Assembly (NCBI GenBank): GCA_965200005.1
Contig: OZ241331.1
Span: forward strand, 763,862 to 827,861
DNA length: 64,000 nt
Source of the DNA: Acidimicrobiales bacterium
Lineage (GTDB): Bacteria > Actinomycetota > Acidimicrobiia > Acidimicrobiales > Aldehydirespiratoraceae
Direction: 5' to 3'
The first letter of the stretch is position 1. Each line of letters starts with the position of its first letter. The notes under the pieces were generated by a model. The model was not told the origin of the DNA. It did no database searches and saw only the letters and a program-made list of their open reading frames with translations. Shown here in pieces: positions 29,067 to 38,339 of the stretch. The position numbers and the translations under genes are program-made.

Positions 29067-30351
29067 CTAAGCGGGCACTCGTGTGGCAACAGGTTGTTGT
29101 TGCTGCGGCCTGACACTCGCTCGGGTGCGGCTCACGATCCAGTCGGCCGCGTCTCGCATCGCTGTGTCGACTGCATCGGTCGATCCCGAAAGATCAAGCG
29201 CGACCGTCTTTAGTCGCTTGCCAACCTGGCGCACAGTCACACTCTTTTCGGGTTTCCCGCCGTCTGCAAGACAGTAGATGAGTAGACCTTCGGGCACATC
29301 GAGTGCTGTTGTGTAGGCAAGCAGTTGGTAGTAGTCGCTTATCCGGGCTGATGCGTCACTCGTGAGCTTGTATTTGATGTCGGCCACATAGTCGATGTCG
29401 TGCGAGCCGCGCCCGGTTCTGTGGCGATAGCTGAGGTGACGATCTGGTGTGCGAAACACTAGATCGGGACGGATCATGACTTGCTTATCTTCGGCAAGGT
29501 AGTAGGTGGTCTGGCTCAGCACATCAAGGCGGCCTCGCAACTCACGTTGAAGCCGCTGTGTGACAAACCGCTCAAACAGCAAGTTCATGTCAATCAAGAA
29601 CGACGATGCAGAGCGATCACCAAACTGGTCAACAAGAGTGAGGTTCTCGAGCAGTAGACGGGCCAACCGGAGCGCGGGTCTATAGTAGTGATTCAGCCGG
29701 GTGAAGGTGATCCGGTCAAGCGAGTCTGGAAGTACGACCAGGTCAGCGACATCATCGAGAGACGCAACCTGCCGTCGCAGTGTCCTGCGATCTTGAGGAT
29801 CTACACCGGGCACCGTGAGCGCTAACCGTGCAGCTGCTTTGAGGTATCTGTTCTCGGCTATGTCAGGGGTGAATTCATCAAAGCGACAAGCCACGGGTAG
29901 GCGCACTCCGGCTTGACGGAACTGTCCCGGTATGTCGACTCGGCCTCGCAGGGCGATCAGTCGCTCGGCTTGGTGTTGATAGTTGCGCAACAGACCTTGT
30001 GCCAGAGTCTTCTCGACCGTGCGCGCAAAAAAAACCGACAATCGACGGCAAGAGATTGGCTGTGGTCGCGTACCTGAAGGCCTCTTGTTGCCACGCGTCC
30101 GCAGGGAGCCCAACTTCGAGCATGAGGAACAAGTTCTGAAGACGGATCTTTGGGCGAATCAGAACTGTGAGATCGTCCACGAGGAGCGAACCGACCCGAT
30201 GATGCGCTGTGATCGTGTGAAGTCCCGGCTGGTCAGTGTGCTGCACCGTCACAGTTCCGCGACCTGCTGTAGCAAGTCGAGATGCTTGCTCGGCTGTCAG
30301 CCTGATCGGCTCCGACTGCTCATACTCAAGCAATTCGATGGTCACGGTCAT
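29067..30351 (-). pseudogene. mcrC: McrC-like nuclease subunit of a McrBC type IV restriction system, disrupted by a +1 frameshift in a T8 (plus-strand A8) run
   Basis: Two overlapping ORFs (30351-29878 and 30113-29067) join into one 427-aa protein if one base of the run at 30027-30034 is removed (...LLPSIVGFF|ARTVEKTLAQGLL...). The C-terminal PD-(D/E)xK-like region is IRPDLVF...DYVADIKYK. The gene lies directly downstream of the mcrB-like gene. Confidence 0.75.
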
Positions 30352-30420
30352 ATGGACACCTGATGCATCATGACGAGTGTCGCACGGTGTTGAATCTGTT
30401 CACCATCGCCTGGTGATCAG

Positions 30421-33249
30421 CTAGCGCTCTTCGACGACAGCCACACCTTCATCGCGCACTCTCTCCTCGTAGCGGCGATGAGTCGCTTCGAAGCGGAAGA
30501 AGTCAATCGCTTCGCTGTTGCCGAAGAACTGATCTTCGATTAGTGGCTCAATGTTGTATTGCCAGATGCGTTGCACCGAACGCTGGTCGAGTTTGCGTCG
30601 CATGAAGTGACTTGGCCCTATCTGGAAGTGTGAATCGCCGATCCTCTCTTTGAGTTCGTCGTTGGCTTCCGCTACCAGTTCAGCGACCCAGGCCGGCTCG
30701 CCTTCACGTTTTAGCCACCGTTCAAGCAAGCCTTCCATCGGTCCTTGATCCGTGAAGAACGGCACGAAGTGAAACCTCCGGCGCAAAGCAGCATCTACCA
30801 GAGCAATTGACCGATCAGCGGTGTTCATCGTTGCGATGAACCACAGGTTTTCCGGCAATTCAAAGGTGTCGCCGTGCCGGTACAACACTTGAGCACTCTC
30901 GTCTCGATACTCCAGCAAGAACAGCAACTCACCAAAGACCTTAGGGATGTTCGCACGGTTGATCTCATCAATGATCATGACGTGTTGATGTGCTGGAGCC
31001 ATAGCGGCACGTTCAGCCATAATCGTGAGCGGTCCTGGAGTCAGTTTGTAGGTCAGATCGCCGTCGGAACTTGATTCTGGCCGGTAGCCCTCAAAGAAGT
31101 CCTCATACGAACTAGAGGGGTGAAGTTGCAACAACGTGTGCCGCTTAGGGTCAGGTGCCAGCAACTCTGCCAACTTGCGAGCAAGATAGGTCTTGCCCGT
31201 TCCGGGAGGCCCGTAGAAGACGACCTGTCCCTTGTCTTCAAGCAATTCGACAATGTCGCCAAGGAAGTCTCGCTTCACCAGTAACTCTTGAGCGAGTTCG
31301 CCGAGGGGATCCTCATCAGCTCCGCCTCGCCATCCAAGAACACCTTCCTCGGAGGCTAAGTACCAGTGCAGAAAGCACCTTGCTGCCCACAAGTCTTCCG
31401 GGAAGTGGCTATTCAACGCGTCACGGAGTGCGTCATTAGCTGCTACCTGCCTCTCGCCTCGCGTACCGGAAGGTTCAGGCAGACCGAGTAGTCGAAGCAT
31501 CCGTCGCTTTCCCAGTTCTCCGCCGTAGTTGAAGATAGGAATGAACTGCTTCGGGTGCGCGATAGCAAGCAGTTTCATCATCACGGATTCGGTGAGGCCA
31601 CTGATTTGCAACTCTGAGTCGGACAACATGCGATCAATTCGCTTGGATAGTGGATCATTGCCCCAACATAGGTAGGCGAGCGCCTTTGTGATTCGGTCGT
31701 ATTCGTGCGGATCCGCTGATTCAATCGTGCGAGTGAGTTCTGGATGTCGCCCAACGAAACCACAATCGGATCCACTCCAAATCTGACACAAGTCTCGTGG
31801 ATCACAATCGCTCAGATTCTCAGCTGCAAGAAGCTTCGAAAAGCGAACGAATCCATGACGATGTCTCTCATCTTGCGGCCGCGGAAATCCCCATTCAGTT
31901 GTGAAGTTAGAGATAGATTCATCTAGTCTTACAACTGTCGACGCAGAATCAACGATCTTTTCGTCTTCGTCAAGCGCCAAATCGAGCAACTTAGCCTCAA
32001 GTGGCTTGAGTCGTGAGAAGACTTCGCTGACAGTGGATGTCAGGTCTAGAGAAGTGAGTTGATTAGGCTCAAACCATCGGCCATACACATACTCACTACC
32101 TCCTAAACCAATCAGGCCCACATCTCTGCCTATCGTTTTTGGTCCCCCTAGGGTCTCACATCCCGGATAACTGCTGCGTTCAATTATGGGAGCAGCCACA
32201 GCCTTCCAACCTGATCGTACATGTCCAGGCCGCAAGACAATACCAACGCCATTGTTGTTGATCCAAATGCGAAACCCTAACGATCTGACGTTTCTCAGTT
32301 TAGATCTAGCTTGAGAGGTCGACTTCAGTGTCCAATGTATCCATAGATCACCTCTCGGCGCATCCTTTGCCCACCACAGGTTTGGCAATCTTACTTCAAC
32401 GTCTTCATCAACGGCCTGTTCAACTGCCTCCTTTAGAGTCTCACCGACATGTCGGCCAACAGACAATAAGGCACGAGCATTGGACAGCAAAGGTTCGGCT
32501 ACGTCGGGCTTCTTTAGCTTAGATACCAGTCGACTGTTAACCGGGTATCGGAATTTGCATCGATCAACCAAGACTTGGTCCAGGAACACCGGATGAACTA
32601 GACCCCACCAGCCTGCCGTATTCTCCAATTCGTCATAGTCTGATGTCATATCGCGTGAATATTCGAGAAATACCCTGTAGCGATCAGCCGGATCGGCAGG
32701 CAAGTCCGATCCGACCAGGAATTGCACAAACCGACGCGTGCTGGGCCAGCAGATCGGCCACTGTTCACGTTCGGCGATCGCCCAAAAGTACGAACACAGG
32801 AATGTGGAGTTGCCGGGTGCGGGGTGTCCACCAACCTTAATCCGGGTTACGTAATCGGCTAATTCCCGGATCTTCTCTACTGCTTCATTGTCGTCGCGAG
32901 GTGGTGTCAACACATGACCAAGCAGTCTCGCAAGGTGCAAGTGATCACTTGATCGCTTGATCAGAGAGTTTATGAAGCGTTGTCCTGACGTGCCGTTGAA
33001 GGTTCTTGTGTCATCCTTCACGGCCCACTTCTTCAGTCTGTCCTGGAATGTCTGCAGGTCGTGACTGCTTCGGAGGTCGCGTAAAGTCGCTAGCGCTTCG
33101 ACTGCACTCCGATCAAACGCTGCCGAATCGGCAGAGAGGCGTTCGTAAGTTGCAGTGTCGGCTTTGTAGCGAGTTACATGAGCTTCGTACCAGCGGCGGC
33201 GAAAGCCGGCTTCTCGACTGGCAAGGTCGGTTGCTTCCACAGATTCCAT
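30421..33249 (-). CDS. mcrB: McrB-family AAA+ GTPase with an uncharacterised N-terminal region of about 600 aa
   Basis: 942-aa ORF. C-terminal third: Walker A VVFYGPPGTGKTY, MIIDEINRANIPKVFGELLFLLEYRD and FIATMNTADRSIALVDAALRRRFHFV, which are McrB signature blocks. I could not assign the N-terminal region to any family. Confidence 0.8.
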   Translation of the reverse strand: MESVEATDLASREAGFRRRWYEAHVTRYKADTATYERLSADSAAFDRSAVEALATLRDLRSSHDLQTFQDRLKKWAVKDDTRTFNGTSGQRFINSLIKRSSDHLHLARLLGHVLTPPRDDNEAVEKIRELADYVTRIKVGGHPAPGNSTFLCSYFWAIAEREQWPICWPSTRRFVQFLVGSDLPADPADRYRVFLEYSRDMTSDYDELENTAGWWGLVHPVFLDQVLVDRCKFRYPVNSRLVSKLKKPDVAEPLLSNARALLSVGRHVGETLKEAVEQAVDEDVEVRLPNLWWAKDAPRGDLWIHWTLKSTSQARSKLRNVRSLGFRIWINNNGVGIVLRPGHVRSGWKAVAAPIIERSSYPGCETLGGPKTIGRDVGLIGLGGSEYVYGRWFEPNQLTSLDLTSTVSEVFSRLKPLEAKLLDLALDEDEKIVDSASTVVRLDESISNFTTEWGFPRPQDERHRHGFVRFSKLLAAENLSDCDPRDLCQIWSGSDCGFVGRHPELTRTIESADPHEYDRITKALAYLCWGNDPLSKRIDRMLSDSELQISGLTESVMMKLLAIAHPKQFIPIFNYGGELGKRRMLRLLGLPEPSGTRGERQVAANDALRDALNSHFPEDLWAARCFLHWYLASEEGVLGWRGGADEDPLGELAQELLVKRDFLGDIVELLEDKGQVVFYGPPGTGKTYLARKLAELLAPDPKRHTLLQLHPSSSYEDFFEGYRPESSSDGDLTYKLTPGPLTIMAERAAMAPAHQHVMIIDEINRANIPKVFGELLFLLEYRDESAQVLYRHGDTFELPENLWFIATMNTADRSIALVDAALRRRFHFVPFFTDQGPMEGLLERWLKREGEPAWVAELVAEANDELKERIGDSHFQIGPSHFMRRKLDQRSVQRIWQYNIEPLIEDQFFGNSEAIDFFRFEATHRRYEERVRDEGVAVVEER

Positions 33250-33319
33250 AGCCCATCAACGATAGGGCGAGTCGATCAACCTCCTAGTCGAGTTTCATTC
33301 CCATGTGTGCTCGAAGTCA

Positions 33320-34735
33320 TCATGTATTCGTCAATGGCGGTGCGGCTCTGTGATAGTCCGTCTCGCGTTGGAAGGCGGCGGCGGCGGCTACCAGTGTGTG
33401 CTCAGAGAACGGGCGACCGATCAACTGGAACCCGATCGGTAAGCCGTCGGCGGCGAAGCCGCCCGGTATGGCAATGGCCGGTAACCCGGCACCATTGACC
33501 GGGAACGTGAACTGGGTAGTTGCTGGGATCAACGGCACACCATCAAGTTCGTTAACTCCGTGGGCCAGCACCTGATTGGGCGTGATCGGAGTGATCACCA
33601 CATCCACGTCCTTGTCTTCAAACATTGACAGGTAGTCGCACTCAATCCGTTGCCGCTGCGTTTGTGCCTCGGCGAGTGCAGTCCCAGGTATCTGCGCACC
33701 TTGATCCATGATTGCCCGAGGCTCATCACCAATCAGATCACCCTTCGATGTGCGGACCTCTTCAAGCAAGGCTGCCGATTCGGCAAACACGACGGCACAA
33801 CCTGCATCTAAGTGATCAGCAGCGGTTGGCGGTGAGACAGAGACTTTCTTACTCACGAGCCCCTCAAGCACTGCTACAGCATCGTCGATAACTCTTTGTA
33901 CTTCACTGTCCGTTTCGAATCCTTCACAGAAGGAATCTTCGGGAATGCCTAATCGCAGCGACTCGACCGGGCGAGCACTCAACAGGTTTGATCTCGATGA
34001 GTAGACATCAGCTGGCGAGAAGCCGGCCATCACACTCATCAGCACGCCACAGTCCTCAGCAGTACGTGCCATTGGACCCACCGTGTCATACGTCCAAGAA
34101 ATCAAATGAACGCCGTCGCGAGGTACCGCTCCTCGTGTGGTCTTGATGCCAGTTGTCCCGCAGTAGTTGGACGGGATCCGGACCGAGCCACCGGTGTCGG
34201 TACCGAGAGCGCCAAACACCTGTCTTGCGGCTAGTGCTGCAGCGCTACCGCCAGAGGAACCACCAGTCATCCGTGAAGTGTCCCAAGGGTTGTATGACGC
34301 CGGACACGACACGCCGTAAGCGAGTTCGTGAGTGTTTGTCTTGCCAACAATGACAGCGCCTGCGTCTCGAAGTCGTCTGACTACGGTTGCGTCCGCCTCG
34401 GGCACAAAGCCCCCGAGCGCCACACAGTTGGCCTCCGTAGCAACACCCTCAGTGAAGATCAAGTCCTTGAGCGCTATCGGCACACCAAACAGAGGCGAAT
34501 GAGTTGCAAGGAGATCCGAGGATTTCGACCCAGACATCCCTGCAATCTGTTCATCAAGTTCAGCGGCGGTCGCTCTTGCTTCGTCGGTTATGACATTGGC
34601 AAACGCACCCACCACCGAGTCGGTCGCTTTGATCTGAGCGAGACAAGCCTCAAGTAACTCCGATGGAGTTATCTCGCGCGACCGCACTGCGACTGCCGCC
34701 TCACAAAGGCTGAAACTCAGAACATCTGATGTCAT
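33320..34735 (-). CDS. Amidase (amidase-signature family)
   Basis: GGSSGGSAAALAA and GTDTGGSVRIPS amidase-signature blocks; 471 aa. Confidence 0.85.
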   Translation of the reverse strand: MTSDVLSFSLCEAAVAVRSREITPSELLEACLAQIKATDSVVGAFANVITDEARATAAELDEQIAGMSGSKSSDLLATHSPLFGVPIALKDLIFTEGVATEANCVALGGFVPEADATVVRRLRDAGAVIVGKTNTHELAYGVSCPASYNPWDTSRMTGGSSGGSAAALAARQVFGALGTDTGGSVRIPSNYCGTTGIKTTRGAVPRDGVHLISWTYDTVGPMARTAEDCGVLMSVMAGFSPADVYSSRSNLLSARPVESLRLGIPEDSFCEGFETDSEVQRVIDDAVAVLEGLVSKKVSVSPPTAADHLDAGCAVVFAESAALLEEVRTSKGDLIGDEPRAIMDQGAQIPGTALAEAQTQRQRIECDYLSMFEDKDVDVVITPITPNQVLAHGVNELDGVPLIPATTQFTFPVNGAGLPAIAIPGGFAADGLPIGFQLIGRPFSEHTLVAAAAAFQRETDYHRAAPPLTNT

Positions 34736-34843
34736 GTCTGCAATGGCTCCTTGAATTGACAGGTTCGGCTATACGCGCAATAGAGATCTGTGTGTTTGAC
34801 GATGCAGTGGATGCCGTGTTGGAGTAGTCACAGAGAGGTGCAT

Positions 34844-35530
34844 CTAGATCACGAGATGTTGTTCCACACGATGAGTGATGCCGCTGTCGTCAGCATCACC
34901 CGAGTCGGCTATCTCGCCCTTTTCCAGCACGATGAACCCGTCGGCAACACGTGCGGCAAGGGCTAGGTGCTGCTCGATTAGCAAGATGGCGCACCCCTCT
35001 GAACGGGCTGAAGAGAGATAAACCCCGAGTAAGTCAACGTTGCTCGGTTGGAGTCCCTCTGAGGGTTCGTCCATGATCAACACCGACGCCCCGGTGCGTA
35101 AGGCGATCGCCGCAGCGAGCATCTTCTGCTCGCCACCGGACAGCGAACCTGCTAACTGATCATGACGCCCAGCCAGCGCACCCCCAAACATCGACAGAAC
35201 CTCGGCATGCGAATCGGGACGTAGACCATTGAGTCGCAGATTGTCGGCGACCGAGATCTCAGAGAACAGCCCTCGTTCCTGATAGGTGGCTCGCATCCCT
35301 CGCCGTACTCGATACGAGGGCGGTCGACGGCTCACGTCTTCGCCATCGAGCAATACACGACCACCCCGCAGCCCGATGACCCCCATCAGGGTCTTCACGA
35401 GAGTTGTCTTGCCTGCGCCGTTGCGACCAACCACAGCAACAATCTCACCGGCCTCCACACTCAGCGAGACCTCACGCAACACCTCTGCGGTGCGGTAGCC
35501 AGCAGACACGTCAACCGCGGCGAGCATCAT
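34844..35530 (-). CDS. ABC transporter ATP-binding protein (LivF/UrtE-like)
   Basis: Walker A GRNGAGKTT, signature LSGGEQKM, Walker B LIMDEPSEGL. Confidence 0.85.
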   Translation of the reverse strand: MMLAAVDVSAGYRTAEVLREVSLSVEAGEIVAVVGRNGAGKTTLVKTLMGVIGLRGGRVLLDGEDVSRRPPSYRVRRGMRATYQERGLFSEISVADNLRLNGLRPDSHAEVLSMFGGALAGRHDQLAGSLSGGEQKMLAAAIALRTGASVLIMDEPSEGLQPSNVDLLGVYLSSARSEGCAILLIEQHLALAARVADGFIVLEKGEIADSGDADDSGITHRVEQHLVI

Positions 35531-37404
35531 TGCATCGAACCCAGATAGACAGCTCGTACCTGTGGATTGGCCTCGATTTGCGAAACTGGTCCGTCTGCTA
35601 ACAACGCTCCCCGTGAGAGCACGGTGACACGATCTGCAACAGCCCTGATGAAGGCCATGTCGTGTTCAACAATGATGATCGGCAGCCTTTCGGCAGAGTG
35701 CACCTCACGCAGCAACGCTGCTGCAGAAAGACTCTCCGCCGGAGTCATGCCGGCAGTTGGCTCATCAAGCAGCAACAACTGACAGTCCAGAGCCATCGCC
35801 ATGGCAATCTCAAGCCACTGCTTCTCACCGTGTGATAGGGAACCCGCAGGCGCATCAGGACTTCTGCTAAGCCCGGTCCGTTCCAGGATCTTGAGTGTTC
35901 CTCCAGACACACTGGCCATCCATGGCGACACTGTCAGCGACCACGGGGTCGGATTGTTCGCAAGGCCTGCGAGCGCCAGATTCTCACCAATTGACAGAGA
36001 ATCAATCACATGGGGCGCCTGGAACTTGCGGCTTACTCCACCGCGAGCAAACTGCCACGCTCGGCGCCCAGTGAAGTCCTCTCCAAGGATCCTCACACTG
36101 CCGCCGTCGCAGGATGACTGCCCGCTCAAGATGTTGAGCAAGGTGGTCTTACCTGCTCCGTTGGGCCCGATCAAACAACACAGCCCTGGTTGATCCATTC
36201 TCAGTGTGACGCCATCTAGCACCTGAAACGATCCGAAAGACTTATCAATGTCGATCGCTTCTAAGACCGGTGGCAGTGGCGCGGCGACAGCGTCTGCTAC
36301 TCGCTCTCTTTGCGCTCTTTGCGCGCCTTGAGAACTTGCTAAGCCTCTAGGCAACGGAGCGTCAATGGAGGAGCCAGCCATTGGCTGATCACGACGCCGT
36401 AGGACAACACTGTGAGGAACACGACCCGAGCGACCCGTGATACGGCGCAACCAAGGCAGCAGACCCTCGGGAACCAGAATCACCGCCGCAATGAAGACGG
36501 CACCGGTTGCGAGCACCCAATACTGCAGCCACTCATCCGCCAGGGTCGCCGAGGCGAAGTTAATGACCAGAGTGCCGATGACAGGGCCCAAAACCGTGCC
36601 GCGTCCTCCAACAAGTGTCCACAACACGACGTTGGTCGCCAGCACGAAGCCGAATATTCCCGGTGATACAAACCCGGTGCGATGGATATAGAGCCACCCG
36701 CCGACGCCCGCAACAGCGCCACCCAAACCGAACACCCAGATCTTTAGCGCGATCGTGTCGTAGCCGAGGGCCTCCATGCGCCGCTCGTTGTCACGGATCC
36801 CGATAAGCACTGCACCAATCGGGCGGGTTAACAGCGCACCGACGCTCGCAATGACAACGACGGCGATGACGGTGATGACGACATCCTGGCTACTGTCACT
36901 TAGTGTCCATCCGGCGAGCTTGATGCGGGGCACATCGGTAAGGCCATTGAAACCTCCGGTGACATATCGCCATTGCTCAGCAATCTGTTCAAATGTCAGC
37001 GACAGCATCAGTGTGAGCAGAGCAACAACCACTATCGATAGGCGTCTGCGGAAAGCTGCCGCCCCGATCCCAGCTGCTAGCGCAGCACCAACGATCATTG
37101 AGACCAGCAAGGCAAGCGGCGACAGCGAAGGGTCGTAGATCGTCAGCCGAGCCGTAACGTAAGCCGCAGTACCAAACGGCAAGAGTTGACCGAGCGACAA
37201 GATGCCGGCGTAGCCCCAAACGAGATCCAAACTGACAGCCAGAACCGCCAAGCTCAGATAAAGCGACAATTGCCCGGCACGGAAGTTGCCAAGCAGCACG
37301 CTGAGAGTGCCCGCAAGAACCACTGCCATTACAGAACGAATCAACACACTGCGAACACTCAGACGTGAGCGTGGTTGCGTTGCCTCCGGCGGGCGCGCTG
37401 TCAT
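35527..37404 (-). CDS. Fusion: LivM-type permease + LivG-type ATP-binding domain
   Basis: The start ATG (complement of 37402-37404) overlaps the upstream stop (ATGA). The ORF-track 37725 start would overlap the livH-like gene by 320 nt. Polytopic N-terminal ~330 aa, then a linker, then Walker A GPNGAGKTT, signature LSHGEKQW and Walker B LLLLDEPTAGM. Confidence 0.75.
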   Translation of the reverse strand: MTARPPEATQPRSRLSVRSVLIRSVMAVVLAGTLSVLLGNFRAGQLSLYLSLAVLAVSLDLVWGYAGILSLGQLLPFGTAAYVTARLTIYDPSLSPLALLVSMIVGAALAAGIGAAAFRRRLSIVVVALLTLMLSLTFEQIAEQWRYVTGGFNGLTDVPRIKLAGWTLSDSSQDVVITVIAVVVIASVGALLTRPIGAVLIGIRDNERRMEALGYDTIALKIWVFGLGGAVAGVGGWLYIHRTGFVSPGIFGFVLATNVVLWTLVGGRGTVLGPVIGTLVINFASATLADEWLQYWVLATGAVFIAAVILVPEGLLPWLRRITGRSGRVPHSVVLRRRDQPMAGSSIDAPLPRGLASSQGAQRAQRERVADAVAAPLPPVLEAIDIDKSFGSFQVLDGVTLRMDQPGLCCLIGPNGAGKTTLLNILSGQSSCDGGSVRILGEDFTGRRAWQFARGGVSRKFQAPHVIDSLSIGENLALAGLANNPTPWSLTVSPWMASVSGGTLKILERTGLSRSPDAPAGSLSHGEKQWLEIAMAMALDCQLLLLDEPTAGMTPAESLSAAALLREVHSAERLPIIIVEHDMAFIRAVADRVTVLSRGALLADGPVSQIEANPQVRAVYLGSMQ

Positions 37405-38255
37405 TGTGTAGCTCCGACAACGCTGGCGCGGTGGAATTGCAGTAATGCAACTGCGAGCACCAGCGATGCAATCTGCGCCCAGACAGCGTCGTAGTAGTGA
37501 ATGACCGTTGTCTGAACTGCAGCAACAATTGCTGCGCCCGTAAGCACTCCCCAAAGACGGCTGAAGCCTCCGACAATCACAACCAAGAAAGCACCCGGAA
37601 GATAGGTGAGCCCGAGATTTGGCTCCACTGCTCCTAGAGGTGCCACGAGTGCTCCAGCTAGTCCCGCAGTCGCAGCACCTATTGCGAATGCAGCGAGATT
37701 GGTGACCCTGGTTCGTATCCCACACGACTCAGCAAGGTCACGATCAGCGATGATGGCCTTTACCGTCAAGCCGAGACGTGACCAACTGAACACCAGAAGT
37801 GTTGCCGTCACCACAATCAGTGAGATGACAATCAGTGAGTACCGGTAGGTCGGGAACATCACTCCAAAGGCGTCGGTCGCACCTGGAATAGGATTCTTGA
37901 CGTTGCGGAAATCCTTGCCGAAGATCAACTCGGCTACTTGGCGCAAGATGATTGAGAGACCGAACGTTGCCAAGATCGTGAGTTCCGGACGCCGGTAGAT
38001 CCGCCGAATCAACGACACCTCAATGCCTGCTCCGATGGTTCCCACTACTGCGGCTGCTAGAGGCAGTGCCCACCAGTGAGACAGTCCCTGCTCAGCAACA
38101 ATGAATGCGACGTAACCGCCAAGCATCACAAACTCACCGTGAGCAAGGTTGATGACACCCATCAACCCAAAGACAATGCCCAAACCGAGCGCTACCACCG
38201 CAAGGATTGCGAGAAGGCTGAGCCCAGTTAGTAACTCAAGCGTTAGGGCCTGCAC
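37401..38255 (-). CDS. Branched-chain amino acid/amide-type ABC permease (LivH-like)
   Basis: 284-aa polytopic ORF with INLAHGEFVMLGGYV, a typical LivH-family block. Confidence 0.85.
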   Translation of the reverse strand: MQALTLELLTGLSLLAILAVVALGLGIVFGLMGVINLAHGEFVMLGGYVAFIVAEQGLSHWWALPLAAAVVGTIGAGIEVSLIRRIYRRPELTILATFGLSIILRQVAELIFGKDFRNVKNPIPGATDAFGVMFPTYRYSLIVISLIVVTATLLVFSWSRLGLTVKAIIADRDLAESCGIRTRVTNLAAFAIGAATAGLAGALVAPLGAVEPNLGLTYLPGAFLVVIVGGFSRLWGVLTGAAIVAAVQTTVIHYYDAVWAQIASLVLAVALLQFHRASVVGATQ

Positions 38256-38289
38256 TTCCGTTTGCTCAGCTGTTTGATGGAGTTAGGGA

Positions 38290-38328
38290 GAAGTCAGCCC
38301 GGGCAAGATCCAGACCCAGGCTGACTTC
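38290..38328 (-). promoter_or_regulatory. Strong intercistronic hairpin after the SBP gene
   Basis: GAAGTCAGCC and GGCTGACTTC form a perfect 10-bp stem between the SBP stop (38340) and the permease start (38255). Confidence 0.45.
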
Positions 38329-38339
38329 GAAACGTTTCT

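Noticed and set aside
29001-33319. Mobile-element boundaries (integrase, transposase, direct repeats) around the McrBC module
   Set aside because: I found no such genes or obvious flanking repeats by eye. The module is therefore reported as an insertion-like context, not annotated as a mobile element.
37405-37725. N-terminal extension of the 732-aa ORF (35527-37725)
   Set aside because: The extension overlaps the LivH-like gene by 320 nt and is Cys/Arg/Ser-rich nonsense. The ATG at 37404 forms an ATGA overlap with the upstream stop and begins a sensible protein.
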